NCBI GenBank assembly: GCA_963810935.1
Contig: CAWEPK010000007.1
Location: forward strand, 64,001 to 128,000
Reading direction: 5' to 3'
Origin: an uncultured delta proteobacterium
Lineage (GTDB): Bacteria; Desulfobacterota; Syntrophorhabdia; Syntrophorhabdales; WCHB1-27
Length of the DNA stretch: 64,000 bases
Below the pieces are notes generated by a model. It did not search any database and was not told where the DNA came from. It saw only the letters and a list, made by a program, of their open reading frames with translations. Shown here piece after piece: positions 11,707 to 22,156 of this stretch. Positions within the stretch are counted from its first letter, which is position 1. Each line of letters begins with the position of its first letter. A program made the position numbers and the translations under genes.

Positions 11707-12725
11707 TGAAGGCGGCCTATATACCAAAAGAAGGATGGAAGGAATTCGTTGCCGGGATCGCGAATCGTGCAGAGGTTTACGCACCGTGCAGGGACGGGGA
11801 GACGGTAGCTTTCCGGCGCATCGGCGCAGGCCAGGAGCCCTGTCTCGACGAGCCGGCAGCGGCCGCGCCCAAAGGCGTTATCTATCCGCAAAGCCATTCC
11901 CTTTTTACCTTTGATTTCAAAAAAGACCCCGCCGCGCCGGACAAAACGGCCATCGAATTGTCCGCGCCGACGGATGCGCCGGACGCCGTCGTTCTCTGCG
12001 GCCGCCCGTGCGACGCAAAAGGCTTCACGATCCTCGACCGCGTCTTTTTGGGCGTCGATCCCTATTACACTGCGCGCCGCGAGAAGACGACGCTTGTCAC
12101 CCTCGCATGCAACGGACCGTATACCGGCTGTTTCTGCACGTCAGTAGGCGGTGGCCCTGCTGAAGGGGCTGGCTCCGATGTCATTCTGACGGATTTGGGC
12201 CACGGCTACTACGTCGAGGCGTTGACCGAAAAAGGCGCAAACGCGATAGAAGGCGCTGCCCTCAAAGACGGCGCGCCTTATGAGAAGGAAGCCGGGGAGC
12301 GGAAAGCAGCCGCGACGCAGGCGGTAAAGCAGGTGTTTTCCTCAGCAGCAAAACCGGCCGAAGGCTCTGACGCGTACTGGGACGAGGTCTCGCAGAAATG
12401 CATTGCCTGCGGCGCATGCACGTACCTTTGCCCCACGTGCTACTGCTTCAACATCACGGACGAGCAGGCGGTCGGCTCCGGCGGAAGGCGGTTGAGGAGC
12501 TGGGATTCATGCATGTTCGCCCACTTCACTAAAGAGGCGAGCGGCCACAACCCCCGCGCCCAAAAATCGAAACGGCTGCGCAACAGGGTGGCCCACAAGT
12601 TCACCCATTATCCCGAAAAATACGGCGAGCCGGGCTGCACAGGCTGCGGACGCTGCATACGCCTCTGCCCGGTCTCTATGGAGATAAGCGAGATAGTGGC
12701 GACCCTTACTGCCGCAAGCGCCTGA
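11703..12725 (+). CDS. flxB: FlxB (AsrA-like 4Fe-4S protein)
   Basis: RPCD, CFCTS, CIACGACTYLCPTCYCF, WDSC and CTGCGRCIRLCP motifs; ATG overlaps the upstream stop. Confidence 0.85.
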   Translation: MMKAAYIPKEGWKEFVAGIANRAEVYAPCRDGETVAFRRIGAGQEPCLDEPAAAAPKGVIYPQSHSLFTFDFKKDPAAPDKTAIELSAPTDAPDAVVLCGRPCDAKGFTILDRVFLGVDPYYTARREKTTLVTLACNGPYTGCFCTSVGGGPAEGAGSDVILTDLGHGYYVEALTEKGANAIEGAALKDGAPYEKEAGERKAAATQAVKQVFSSAAKPAEGSDAYWDEVSQKCIACGACTYLCPTCYCFNITDEQAVGSGGRRLRSWDSCMFAHFTKEASGHNPRAQKSKRLRNRVAHKFTHYPEKYGEPGCTGCGRCIRLCPVSMEISEIVATLTAASA

Positions 12726-12733
12726 GGAGGACC

Positions 12734-13567
12734 ATGGCCGCAAGCAACCCCTACCTGCCCGACCTCGCAACCGTGATAGAGGTCATAGAAGAGACGCCCA
12801 ATATCAGGTCGTTCAAGGTGCTCCTTAACGATGCGGGGAAGATGAGCAGCTTTGCCTTCGAGCCCGGCCAGGTCGCCCAGCTTTCCGTCTTCGGCGTCGG
12901 CGAATCGACCTTCGTCATAAACTCTCCGCCCACCCGCAGGGAATTTCTTCAGTTGAGCGTGATGAAGGCAGGCGAGGTAACCGCCGCGATCCACGATCTG
13001 GCGGCCGGGGACCAGGTGGGCGTGCGCGCACCGCTTGGCAACTGGTTCCCCTACGAGCAGATGAAGGGCAAAAAAATCCTATTCATCGGCGGCGGGATCG
13101 GCCTTGCCCCGCTGCGGACACTGATACTCTTCATGCTCGACAACCGCGCCGACTACGGCGACATCTCGATCATTTACGGCAGCCGCAGCTACCCGGACCT
13201 TTGCTACAAGACCGACCTGGAGGACTGGGGCAAGCGCGGCGACGTCAACCTTATCCTCACCGTCGATGCAGGGTCGCCGGGCGCTCCCATACGGGAAGGG
13301 TTCGTGCCGGCTGTCCTCGCCGACGTGGCCCCAAAGCCGGAAGACACGATAGCCATAACCTGCGGCCCGCCGATCATGATCAAGTACGTCCTCGAAAACC
13401 TGGTCAAGCTGGGGTTCAAAGACGAGCAGATCGTGACGACCCTGGAGGCGCGCATGAAGTGCGGCATCGGCCTGTGCGGCAGGTGCAACATAGGCGGGCA
13501 GTATATATGCAAAGACGGCCCGGTGTTTACGTTATCTCAGTTAAAAGCGTTAAATTTCGAGATCTAG
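12734..13567 (+). CDS. flxA: FlxA (AsrB/PyrK-like FAD/NAD-binding oxidoreductase, 2Fe-2S)
   Basis: FEPGQ, GGGIGLAP, CGPPIM and MKCGIGLCGRC...CKDGPVF motifs; GAGGAGG RBS. Confidence 0.9.
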   Translation: MAASNPYLPDLATVIEVIEETPNIRSFKVLLNDAGKMSSFAFEPGQVAQLSVFGVGESTFVINSPPTRREFLQLSVMKAGEVTAAIHDLAAGDQVGVRAPLGNWFPYEQMKGKKILFIGGGIGLAPLRTLILFMLDNRADYGDISIIYGSRSYPDLCYKTDLEDWGKRGDVNLILTVDAGSPGAPIREGFVPAVLADVAPKPEDTIAITCGPPIMIKYVLENLVKLGFKDEQIVTTLEARMKCGIGLCGRCNIGGQYICKDGPVFTLSQLKALNFEI

Positions 13568-13575
13568 GGTAGGCC

Positions 13576-13697
13576 GGCCGGGATCTTCTCGCGCCTTTCA
13601 CCTGTCTCTCCGGGCCGCACGTCCTCACGTACAGAAAACGTACGCTCCGGGCGGCGGCTCCTCGATCACGGTGAAATTCATCGAGAATCTCCCGGCC
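13576..13697. repeat. Palindromic intergenic element, family B, copy 1
   Basis: Termini GGCCGGGA...TCCCGGCC; long imperfect hairpin with central CTCACGTAC-agaaaac-GTACGCTC; similar to 14051..14177. Confidence 0.7.
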
Positions 13698-13746
13698 TTG
13701 AGTTTACTGCCGCTTCAGGTTTATATTCATGCCGGAATATTAGCCG

Positions 13747-14046
13747 ATGGGAATAGAGATCACCAAGATAGCCACCGACGTATCCGACAACGGTTCCATC
13801 ATCACAACAACCTACAAGGTAGTCGACGACGGCAGGGAATTTCTGTTGGCCTATACCTCCTGCGCTCATTTCAAAAGCGTATCTCCGGCAGGAGAGAAGG
13901 GCATTCTTTACGTTGACGCAGACGACAACAAGGTCCACAAGCAGGTAGTAGCGCCGGGCGGCGCCTGCGCCCTGGTATGGGACGATGAGGTAGTAGAAGG
14001 GCTGTCGCCAGCGGCGCTAAGGGGTGTGATAGAAGCGGCGGTTTGA
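13747..14046 (+). CDS. Hypothetical protein (99 aa)
   Basis: ORF with typical codon usage, located between two family B palindromes; no recognisable motif. Confidence 0.65.
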   Translation: MGIEITKIATDVSDNGSIITTTYKVVDDGREFLLAYTSCAHFKSVSPAGEKGILYVDADDNKVHKQVVAPGGACALVWDDEVVEGLSPAALRGVIEAAV

Positions 14047-14050
14047 GGGG

Positions 14051-14177
14051 TGGGGCCGGGAGCTTTCTGCGCCCTTCGCGCCGTTTTTCAGGCGCGGCTC
14101 CTCACATACACAAAAAGTATGCTCGTCGCGCGCCGTCGAAAAACAACGCGAATTGCATCGAAAACCTCCCGGCCCCA
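14051..14177. repeat. Palindromic intergenic element, family B, copy 2
   Basis: Termini TGGGGCCGGGAG...CTCCCGGCCCCA; central CTCACATAC-acaaaaa-GTATGCTC; shares a GAA(A)TTNCATCGA motif with copy 1. Confidence 0.7.
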
Positions 14178-14285
14178 TTTGTGGTAATGATGCGCACAGC
14201 GGGCATTTGCATCAGTTGCCCCCGTCTGAGGTAAGACACAACATGCCCCGTTAGCGGCGGCGGCCGGGGGCGCGAGAAATAGCAG

Positions 14286-15395
14286 TTATAAAAGAAATCT
14301 TGCTGCCAGGCCGACCGCGTACGTGAGCACGCAGGTTCCCATGATTATGATAATGTTGTGCACGATGTTCGACCAAATGCTCCTTCCGGCCAGGACGGCT
14401 GCGAAGAACCCCGCAACAGATATGCTGGTTGCCGCAAGGACAAAGGCAACTACGGCCGGAACCGACGGATTTACCCCACATAAAGAGGCCACAAAGAAAG
14501 GGGCTAAGATCGGTATGGCCCCTATAATGAAGAATATGGCGGTGATCTTCAGGGAGTCTCCTGGATGGGGCATGTCTACGCCTGTCCGGATTGTCCTGAC
14601 CAGGCTCGAAAGGATTACATTGTCGCCACCCACGAGGTCCATGATGAGCTTTACGGTCTCGTCGCCGATTCCTCTTTCGTTAAGATCAAGCTCTAGTTCC
14701 CTGCGCAGCACGGCAGGGGTGACCTCTGTTTTTATGTTCAGCTCTTTTTCCCTTCCCATGTGAAGATCGTGATGACCCTTGGCCCCTATATATGATACCG
14801 ATGTCTCGGCTATCATGCCGCCAACCATACCGATCACTCCGGTCAGTCCTATGACGAGCGTCCTTGCATGGGCGGCGACGAGTCCGATGACCAATCCGAG
14901 GGTCTCTATGATGCCGGCCGTCATCCCCGGTATTGCTTCCTTTAGGTTCGCTATGTAGACCCTTCTGTCCGCGATTTGCTCCATCATGTGCCACTCGTGG
15001 CCTATCTCCTGTCTTATCACGTTCATGATGATCGTGCGGGCTTGATCGTTATCTCTGTAGACATCAAGAAGCTGGGCGTAATCGAGGATCGCTTTCTTTT
15101 CGCCGTGTTCGAGGTAATGGATGAATATCGTGAGGGGGAGGAGAAGCGAAATGAGCTTCGCCCACGCTATCCTCCATTTCACTATGCGGGATACCCGGAA
15201 CGAGACGCCATGGATGCGCTCTGACAGGCCGCTCCACACGTTCGCATGGCCCCGCTCCATTCTTGCTATTTCCAGGATGGCCCTTTTGCGGTCGTCATCT
15301 TTGTACCGCCCGGCGAGAAAACGGTACAGGCTTTCGGCCGTTATCTCCGACAGCCAGAACGCCCGGAGCAGGGCCTGATTGTTGCGGGTGTCCAT
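14286..15395 (-). CDS. Rubrerythrin-like di-iron domain fused to a VIT1/CCC1 transporter domain (putative iron exporter)
   Basis: N-terminal E..LY, ERGH and EIGH di-iron motifs, followed by multiple TM helices in a VIT1-like pattern; lies downstream of rbr. Confidence 0.75.
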   Translation of the reverse strand: MDTRNNQALLRAFWLSEITAESLYRFLAGRYKDDDRKRAILEIARMERGHANVWSGLSERIHGVSFRVSRIVKWRIAWAKLISLLLPLTIFIHYLEHGEKKAILDYAQLLDVYRDNDQARTIIMNVIRQEIGHEWHMMEQIADRRVYIANLKEAIPGMTAGIIETLGLVIGLVAAHARTLVIGLTGVIGMVGGMIAETSVSYIGAKGHHDLHMGREKELNIKTEVTPAVLRRELELDLNERGIGDETVKLIMDLVGGDNVILSSLVRTIRTGVDMPHPGDSLKITAIFFIIGAIPILAPFFVASLCGVNPSVPAVVAFVLAATSISVAGFFAAVLAGRSIWSNIVHNIIIIMGTCVLTYAVGLAARFLL

Positions 15396-15485
15396 AGTGC
15401 GCCTCTACACCCTGTCATACCGGGCGATGCGATAAGACTGGGTCCGGAAAGGGGCAGCGGGCCGCCGCTCCGCCGCCCCGCCAGT

Positions 15486-16061
15486 CTAGTAGTTCTCCCC
15501 CAGCAGCTCGTAATGCGCTTGTGGATGTGCACAGGCCGGGCAGGTGTCCGGGGCTTCCGGACCTTCGTGTACGTAGCCGCAGTTCCTGCATCTCCACTTC
15601 ACTTTGCCGTCCCTCTTGAAGACCTTATTCTTCTTGATGTTTTCTAAGAGGGCTAAGTACCGTTTTTCGTGAGACGTTTCGGCGATTGCTATCATCCTGA
15701 AGACCTTCGCGATTTCGGGGAAACCTTCCTTGTCCGCTACGTCCGCGAAATCGGGATAGATGGTGCCCCACTCCATGCGCTCCCCGGCCGCCGCTTCTTC
15801 GAGGTTTTGCGCGGTAGTCCCCACGACGCCTGCGGGGAAGGTCGCGTTGATCGTAACGTCGCCACCTTCCAGGAAGGAGAAAAACCTTTTGGCGTGCTCC
15901 TTCTCGTTGTCGGCCGTGTCGGCAAAAATCCAGGAGATCTGCTCGTATCCTTCTTTCTTCGCCTGCGAGGAGAAATAGGTGTACCTGTTCCTCGCCTGCG
16001 ATTCTCCCGCGAATGCCTGTAATAAGTTCTTCTCCGTCTGTGTTCCTTTCAAGCTTGCCAT
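15486..16061 (-). CDS. rbr: Rubrerythrin
   Basis: AFAGESQARNRY, EKEHAK and C-terminal rubredoxin WRCRNCGY...CPACAHP. Confidence 0.96.
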   Translation of the reverse strand: MASLKGTQTEKNLLQAFAGESQARNRYTYFSSQAKKEGYEQISWIFADTADNEKEHAKRFFSFLEGGDVTINATFPAGVVGTTAQNLEEAAAGERMEWGTIYPDFADVADKEGFPEIAKVFRMIAIAETSHEKRYLALLENIKKNKVFKRDGKVKWRCRNCGYVHEGPEAPDTCPACAHPQAHYELLGENY

Positions 16062-16077
16062 ATCGTGCCTCCCTTTA

Positions 16078-16551
16078 TTATTCTCTTATTGAGCGTTTCT
16101 TTTTCGACCTGCTGTTTTGTTTATCCCGGCACTCCCGGCAGTACCCGTAATATTCAAGCCTGCCGCCCGTTATCGTGAAGCCGGTTTTTTCGGTCACGTC
16201 CTCCCGGTTGGCGGCAACCGGCGGCCGGTAGTCCGTTATGCTTCCGCACCGTCCGCAGATCAGGTTTACGTGCTCTTCCGGGTCCGCCTCGTAGCGGTTC
16301 TCCATCCTGTCGAACTGGAGGGCCTTGATTACACCGAGCCTGGAAAGTGCGTCAAGGGTGGCGTAAACGGTTGAAAGGCTCACGCCCTTCCTCTTTTTTC
16401 TTGCCTCCCTGTAGATCAGGGTGGGTCCGGGGTGAAGCAGCCTCTTCTCGATAAGGACATCGATAACGGCGAGTCTCTGGGAAGTGGTTTTCAGCCCCCC
16501 TTGCCTGAGCCGCCCTATTATCGATTCCCTCGTCAGTAGAGGTCCCAACAT
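16078..16551 (-). CDS. perR: Fur-family regulator, probably PerR
   Basis: GLKTTSQR, SLSTVYATL, HVNLICGRCG and GYCREC; directly upstream of rbr; GGAGG RBS before the ATG at 16551. Confidence 0.8.
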   Translation of the reverse strand: MLGPLLTRESIIGRLRQGGLKTTSQRLAVIDVLIEKRLLHPGPTLIYREARKKRKGVSLSTVYATLDALSRLGVIKALQFDRMENRYEADPEEHVNLICGRCGSITDYRPPVAANREDVTEKTGFTITGGRLEYYGYCRECRDKQNSRSKKKRSIRE

Positions 16552-16587
16552 GCGCGCCTCCGCGTGGCTTGCTGCCCTAATTTTGCT

Positions 16588-16606
16588 ATTCGGAATCGTT
16601 CCTATT
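16588..16606. promoter_or_regulatory. PerR-type operator
   Basis: ATTCGGAATCGTTCCTATT is an imperfect 19-bp palindrome (GGAA-tcg-TTCC core) resembling the deltaproteobacterial PerR box, upstream of perR-rbr. Confidence 0.65.
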
Positions 16607-17015
16607 CCAGATATAATCGTCCGGCCCGTCTCTGTCAAGCTTCGCCGTGAATAAAATAGCCCGTACCGGAGTCCGGTCCCTCTTTTTGCAACGCGTCCCC
16701 CGCTGCCTTTTTCGGGTTTTATCCGGTTTGCCGTTAAGTGCCCGGCCCTATCTTCCGATAATGGAGCATGAGCGCAGGCAGCGGGGCCGAGCAGTGCGGC
16801 CTAGCCGGCGGGTGCGAAGCAGCCGGCCAAGCGGAGCCAAACATGGCAAGCGAAGGCAATGTAAGGAGACGGTAATTGAGACAGATGTCCCGAATTTCCG
16901 TCATTTGGTGGTTTTTTGAGCGATTAGCATTGACAGACGACAATCGTCAAATGTTATGAAACGCGATGAAGAGCATCGCGGTCTACATACATTGAAGCAA
17001 GGAGGAGATTGGATT

Positions 17016-17729
17016 ATGGGAAAGAAAGTGTTCCCGGCATTTATCGTGTTTTTCTTCGTTCTCGGTTTTTTTAGCGTCGTTTACGCTCAAACAGCGGGCG
17101 CGCAGGCGCCTGCCCCTTCGGACGGCAAAGTCCTCGCGCAGCCCGTGAAGAAGGTCGCGGATCAGCCGGACCCTACCAATTATTTTATACTGAAAGGCGG
17201 AGCCTTCTGGCCTAAGGGCGACTTGCAGCCCTTGGGAACGGGCTTTACCGGGGAGTTCGCCTACGGATGGCGGTTCTCGCAGTACGCAGCCGTTGAGCTT
17301 GGCTCGGGTTATCTCAACCTGGGTAAGACGCTGCGCCAGTCCGACCCGGACTTCGGGACAATCACGAACAAGCAGACGGTATACGCCGTGCCCCTTACCC
17401 TGGCACTCAAGCCGATCATACCGATCACCAAGGAATTCGAGGTCTTCGGCCTGATAGGAGCCGGAGGGTATTACATCAACAACAGCAATACCTTCACCAT
17501 CCCCGGTGAGGGCAGCGTCAAGTGGACAGGCCACAGCGTCACTTACGGCGGCTTCGTGGGCGCGGGCGTGAACTACAACCTGACGAGGAACTGGTTTGTC
17601 GGCGTTGAGGGCAAGTACCTCTCGACGGCTAGGCCCAAATATACGACAAACATCTTCGGAGAGCGCCTGGTCTATAATTTCAGGACCGAGGGCATAATAA
17701 GCACGTTCAACGTCGGCTACAGGTTCTAA
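17016..17729 (+). CDS. Outer-membrane beta-barrel protein (OmpA/OmpW-like, 8-stranded)
   Basis: Signal peptide, alternating beta-strand pattern, C-terminal VGYRF; GGAGGAG RBS. Confidence 0.85.
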   Translation: MGKKVFPAFIVFFFVLGFFSVVYAQTAGAQAPAPSDGKVLAQPVKKVADQPDPTNYFILKGGAFWPKGDLQPLGTGFTGEFAYGWRFSQYAAVELGSGYLNLGKTLRQSDPDFGTITNKQTVYAVPLTLALKPIIPITKEFEVFGLIGAGGYYINNSNTFTIPGEGSVKWTGHSVTYGGFVGAGVNYNLTRNWFVGVEGKYLSTARPKYTTNIFGERLVYNFRTEGIISTFNVGYRF

Positions 17730-17761
17730 CCCGGGCTTATACGGGAAAAAAGAAAACGAAA

Positions 17762-17798
17762 CGGAGCAGGGAGCGTGTGATAAGCGTTCCCTGCTCCG
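17762..17798. terminator. Hairpin, probable intrinsic terminator between convergent genes
   Basis: CGGAGCAGGGAGCG-N9-CGTTCCCTGCTCCG, preceded by an A-rich tract (U-tract on the minus strand, i.e. the clpB direction). Confidence 0.65.
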
Positions 17799-17834
17799 AT
17801 ATTATGGCATGCCTGTGCGGCCGGCAATTACGGC

Positions 17835-18004
17835 GGCTCAGCGCCCCCTCGTCGGCAAAGCCGCCGGAGCCGCGCGTCTCAGCGCTGCGCATACGCATGC
17901 TTTATTGCCGCTGTTTGTTCAGCGGCAATTGCTGGGGCTCGCGTCGCAACGTCCGGCGGGATCAGCCGCATTAGCGGGCCTCCCCTTCATAAAAAGGAAG
18001 GGGC
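17835..18004 (+). repeat. Degenerate family A (REP-like) repeat pair
   Basis: GGCTCAGCGCCCCCTC...GGCAAAGCC..GGAGCC and GGGGCTCGCGTCGC...CCCCTTCATAAAAAGGAAG match the family A copies at 40138, 42462, 42597 and 44561. Confidence 0.65.
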
Positions 18005-18032
18005 ATTTACCCGGGCGATTCGCAGTGCTTTT

Positions 18033-20651
18033 TTACGACGCCGCGGCCCGCCGCTTTTCTCCCTTCTTGCTGAAGACCGCGTTCCCCGATCCGTCCGCGT
18101 CCACCGTAATGACGGCCCCTTCCGCCACGTCCCCTTTCAGTATCTCCATGGCAAGCTCGTCCTGCACCTTCCGCTGGATGAGCCTTTTGAGCGGTCGCGC
18201 GCCGTACACCGGGTCGTAGCCCTCCGTTGCTAAGGCCTCTTTCAGGCGGTCGGTGAAATCCAGGGTGATGCCCTGCTCGGCGGTCCTCTTCGAGAGGTAC
18301 CGCAGTTGCAGCTCGACGATCTTCTTCAGGTCTTCACGGCTGAGCGGCTTGAAGATGATCTGCTCGTCGATGCGGTTGATGAACTCCGGCTTGAACTGTG
18401 CCCTTACCGCCTCCATGACGCGCTCCTTCAGGCGGTCGTAGTTGCCTGCCGTCGCCTCGCTCGTGATGAACTGGCTGCCGATGTTCGAGGTCATGACGAT
18501 GACGCTGTTCTTGAAATCGACCGTCCGCCCCTGGCCGTCCGTGAGCCGCCCGTCGTCGAGCACCTGGAGCAGCACGTTGAAGACGTCCTGGTGCGCCTTC
18601 TCTATCTCGTCGAGGAGAACTATCGAGTACGGCCGCCTGCGGACAGCCTCCGTCAGGAAGCCGCCCTCCTCGTAGCCGACGTAGCCGGGGGGCGCGCCGA
18701 TCAGCCGCGAGACCGTGTGCCTCTCCTGGAATTCGCTCATGTCGATCCTGATGATGGCCTGCTCGTCGTCAAAAAGAAATTCCGCGAGCGCCTTGGCAAG
18801 CTCCGTCTTGCCGACGCCCGTAGGCCCCATGAAGAGGAAGCTGCCGAGCGGCCGGTTCGGGTCCTGCAAGCCCGCCCTGGCGCGCCTGATGGTGTTGGCG
18901 ACTGCCGTGATCGCCTCTTCCTGGTCGATCACCCTCTGATGGAGGCGCTCTTCCATCTGTATCATCTTGTGCCGCTCGCCTTCGAGCATGCGCGACACGG
19001 GGATGCCCGTCCACTTGGAGACGATCTCGGCGATGTCCTCCTCGTCCACCTCTTCCTTGAGCATCTTCTTGCCGGACTGCAACGCGGCAAGCTCTTTATC
19101 TTTGCCGGCCAATTCCTTTTCCAGCGCGACGATGGTGCCGTAGCGGATTTCAGCGGCCTTGCCGAAATCGCCCCTGCGCTCCGCCTCGTCGCCTTCCGTG
19201 CGGGCCTTGTCGGTCTTCTCCTTGATGTCGCGGATCGCAGTGATAAGCAGGCGCTCCTTCTCCCAGTGCTTCCTGTGCTTGTCTACCTCTTTCTTCAGGT
19301 CCGCCGCCTCTTTTTCGAGCTTCCTGCGCCTCTCTGCGGATGCCTCGTCCCTCTCTCGCTTAAGGGCCTCGATCTCGATCTGCACCTGTATGAGCCTGCG
19401 CTGTAGCTCGTCGATCTCCGCGGGCACGCTGTCCATCTCGATGCGCAGCCTGGATGCCGCCTCGTCGACGAGGTCAATCGCCTTGTCGGGGAGGAACCTG
19501 TCCGTGATGTAGCGGTGCGAGAGCGTTGCCGCCTCGATGAGCGCGGAGTCCTTGATCTTGACGCCGTGGTGCAGCTCGTAGCGCTCTTTCAGGCCGCGCA
19601 GAATGGCTATCGTCTCCTCCACGCTCGGCTCGCCGACGAGCACGGGCTGGAACCGGCGCTCCAGGGCCGCGTCCTTCTCGATGTACTTCCTGTACTCGTT
19701 GAGGGTGGTCGCGCCGATGGCGCGCAGCTCGCCCCGCGCGAGCTTGGGCTTGAGCATGTTCGACGCGTCTATCGCGCCTTGGGCCGCGCCTGCGCCGACT
19801 ATCGTGTGAAGTTCGTCGATGAAGATGATGATCGCCCCGGCCGCCTCGTCGATCTCTTTCAGCACGGCCTTCAGTCTGTCTTCGAACTCGCCCCGGTACT
19901 TCGCCCCGGCGAGGAGCGCGCCAAGGTCGAGGGCCATGATTTTCTTGTTTTTCAAGGTTTCCGGCACGTCGCCCTGCACGATCCTCTGCGCGAGACCTTC
20001 CACGACGGCCGTTTTGCCGACGCCCGCCTCCCCGATGATGACGGGGTTGTTCTTCGTGCGGCGGGATAGTACCTGCATGACGCGCCTGATCTCGTCGTCG
20101 CGCCCGATGACGGGGTCGAGCTTCCCTTTTCGCGCCTCTGCGGTAAGGTCGCGGCAATACCGCTGGAGGGCCTGGTATTTCTCTTCGGGGTTCTGGTCGG
20201 TAATGCGCTGCGACCCCCGGATGTCTTTCAGGATCGCGTATATCCGGTCTTTGGTCACGCCCGCCCGGTGCAGCAGCCCGGCGGCCGCGCTCGTGTGGCT
20301 CTCGGCGATGCCGATAAGCAGGTGCTCGGTGCTGACGTATTCGTCTTTGAGCCGGTCGGCCTCCGTTGTGGCGACGTCGAGCGCTTTTTTCAGGCCGGGG
20401 CCCATGTAGACCTCGCCGCCCGCGCCCTGAACTACGGGCAGCCGGCCAAGCTCGCCCTCGACGTTGGCGACCAGCGCGTCCGCGCTAGCGCCAAGCTTTT
20501 CCAGGATGGCCCGGACCGTGCCCTCTTTCTCCTGGAGCAGGGCATAGAGCAGGTGCTCGTTCTCCAGCGCCTGGTGGCCCAGCTCCTCGGCCTTTTTCTG
20601 CGCCTCGGCAATGGCCTCCTGGGACTTAACGGTAAATTTATCCAACCGCAT
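18033..20651 (-). CDS. clpB: ATP-dependent chaperone ClpB
   Basis: 872 aa; GEAGVGKT and GPTGVGKT Walker A motifs, M-domain coiled coil, GAPPGYVGY. Confidence 0.98.
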   Translation of the reverse strand: MRLDKFTVKSQEAIAEAQKKAEELGHQALENEHLLYALLQEKEGTVRAILEKLGASADALVANVEGELGRLPVVQGAGGEVYMGPGLKKALDVATTEADRLKDEYVSTEHLLIGIAESHTSAAAGLLHRAGVTKDRIYAILKDIRGSQRITDQNPEEKYQALQRYCRDLTAEARKGKLDPVIGRDDEIRRVMQVLSRRTKNNPVIIGEAGVGKTAVVEGLAQRIVQGDVPETLKNKKIMALDLGALLAGAKYRGEFEDRLKAVLKEIDEAAGAIIIFIDELHTIVGAGAAQGAIDASNMLKPKLARGELRAIGATTLNEYRKYIEKDAALERRFQPVLVGEPSVEETIAILRGLKERYELHHGVKIKDSALIEAATLSHRYITDRFLPDKAIDLVDEAASRLRIEMDSVPAEIDELQRRLIQVQIEIEALKRERDEASAERRRKLEKEAADLKKEVDKHRKHWEKERLLITAIRDIKEKTDKARTEGDEAERRGDFGKAAEIRYGTIVALEKELAGKDKELAALQSGKKMLKEEVDEEDIAEIVSKWTGIPVSRMLEGERHKMIQMEERLHQRVIDQEEAITAVANTIRRARAGLQDPNRPLGSFLFMGPTGVGKTELAKALAEFLFDDEQAIIRIDMSEFQERHTVSRLIGAPPGYVGYEEGGFLTEAVRRRPYSIVLLDEIEKAHQDVFNVLLQVLDDGRLTDGQGRTVDFKNSVIVMTSNIGSQFITSEATAGNYDRLKERVMEAVRAQFKPEFINRIDEQIIFKPLSREDLKKIVELQLRYLSKRTAEQGITLDFTDRLKEALATEGYDPVYGARPLKRLIQRKVQDELAMEILKGDVAEGAVITVDADGSGNAVFSKKGEKRRAAAS

Positions 20652-20907
20652 AGGATCGCTCCTTATTGTTTACATTTACTAACAATCAAGATAATCCCTC
20701 GGCCGGATATACGCAAGAAGGCCTGATTACAGGCCGAGGGAGATAGCCGCGGCCGGAGGTCGAGGTGGGGGTGTTTAGGGATCACATGTCGGATTTGAGG
20801 GGGCTGGAGGCACAGTGAATGTTCCACCTGCAAGTGGCGCGTCGGGCCAGAGGCCATGAATCACGCATTACCGCGGAAACATGATAATGCAGACTTAAGC
20901 CGGAGCG

Positions 20908-22156
20908 TTAGCTATCGATTCCAACGTCTTGTTGGGGCGTCTTTTCGTGAACTGTGGTCAGCGGACGTTTGAAACCGCCGTCAACAGAAAGCGGTGAGGT
21001 GTCTGTCTTTCCGTTCATGGAACAGGGCGGATAAATTTGGTAGGCTTGGTTCTCTTGGCTTCGGAGCCTTGGTTTGAGGCCGACAAAACGCGCTCTTGCG
21101 CCTTTAAGGTATTCCTCGGAAAGTTCGCAGCAGGCCCATCTGCGGCTTAGAGCCTCAGCGACTTCCCCCGTAACACAGGAACCGGCGAAGGGATCGACTA
21201 CCAGATCGTTCTTGTCTGTAAGCATTCTGATGAAGTATTCAGGGATGCCGGCAGGAAACCGTGCGGGATGAACCGGCAAAGAGTTAGCACGGCAATACTC
21301 TTGGTATGCGCCATTTGACTCCGTATTGGCGAGAGCGATTAAATTAGGCGGAACGGAACCGCCGTTGTCTTTGCCGAACTTATCTGAGATGTCATGTCCC
21401 GAAGGTCTTAGTTTAGGGGTATAACCGTTCTTCAAAAGTGACTTCATCGAGTCGCTATAGGGCGCAAGGACCCGCTTGTTCGATGCCTTTGGCCAAGGCG
21501 ACCGAGAAAGCCACCAGATACAATCTACTGCGTCTTTGACCCGTATTCGTCGTACATTTACCCATTCTGCAGGGGTGGGGAGTTTAGCGGGGTTCCACCA
21601 ATAGTGTTCTTGACACAAATGAAAATCATAGTCCCGACACAACGTAATAAGCAGTTCAAAGTGATATAAAGACCGTGTGGGCATGCCCGACTTCCAAGAC
21701 CCGCCGATATCAATGACTAAGCTTCCCTGATTCTTTAGAACCCTTCTCATTCCCTCGGCAAAAGGACGAAACCACTTTACATATTGGTCGGCATCCTCAT
21801 TGCCATAAGCCTTTTTCCTTACTAGCCCGAAAGGCGGAGATGTGACTATTAGGTCAACGCTGTTCGGCTCCAACGTCCTATGCAACAAACCAAGCGAATC
21901 ACCATGGTAAATCTGCCCTAAATTGGTCTCCTCAAACAATGTCGGGTCCAACAGGCCATAGAACATCCCTGTTTCCTTTATTTGGGAGTCGAGGGTCTCG
22001 GGTTTTTGAGATGTAGCGTGTAAGTGTCGAAGATAGCCGCTTAACGAATCGAAGCCTTCTCGCCGAGTCTGCTTGTTCCATCTCAGCATATTCATTTGCT
22101 GCGAGACGGAAGTTAACAACACGACTTCGAGGATTCTGGCTCTTTGGACGCGGCAT
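20908..22156 (-). CDS. Beta-class amino-DNA methyltransferase (SPPF type, N4-C-like) with a probable N-terminal RHH domain joined across a frameshift near 22067
   Basis: TSPPF (motif IV) precedes HPARFP and DPFAGS (motif I). Upstream MPRPKSQNPRSRVVNFRLAANEYAEMEQA joins, after a 1-nt shift, RREGFDSLSGYLRHL. An alternative start is the ATG at 21966. Confidence 0.8.

Noticed and set aside
18306..20409. Long plus-strand ORFs opposite clpB, and similar shadow ORFs opposite hdrA, pat, the amidase and the kinases
   Set aside because: Typical antisense shadow frames of GC-rich genes with no independent motifs.
20652..20907. tRNA/att site or CIRCE element at the clpB-island junction
   Set aside because: I could find no cloverleaf, no TTAGCACTC-N9-GAGTGCTAA and no direct repeat matching the other island end.
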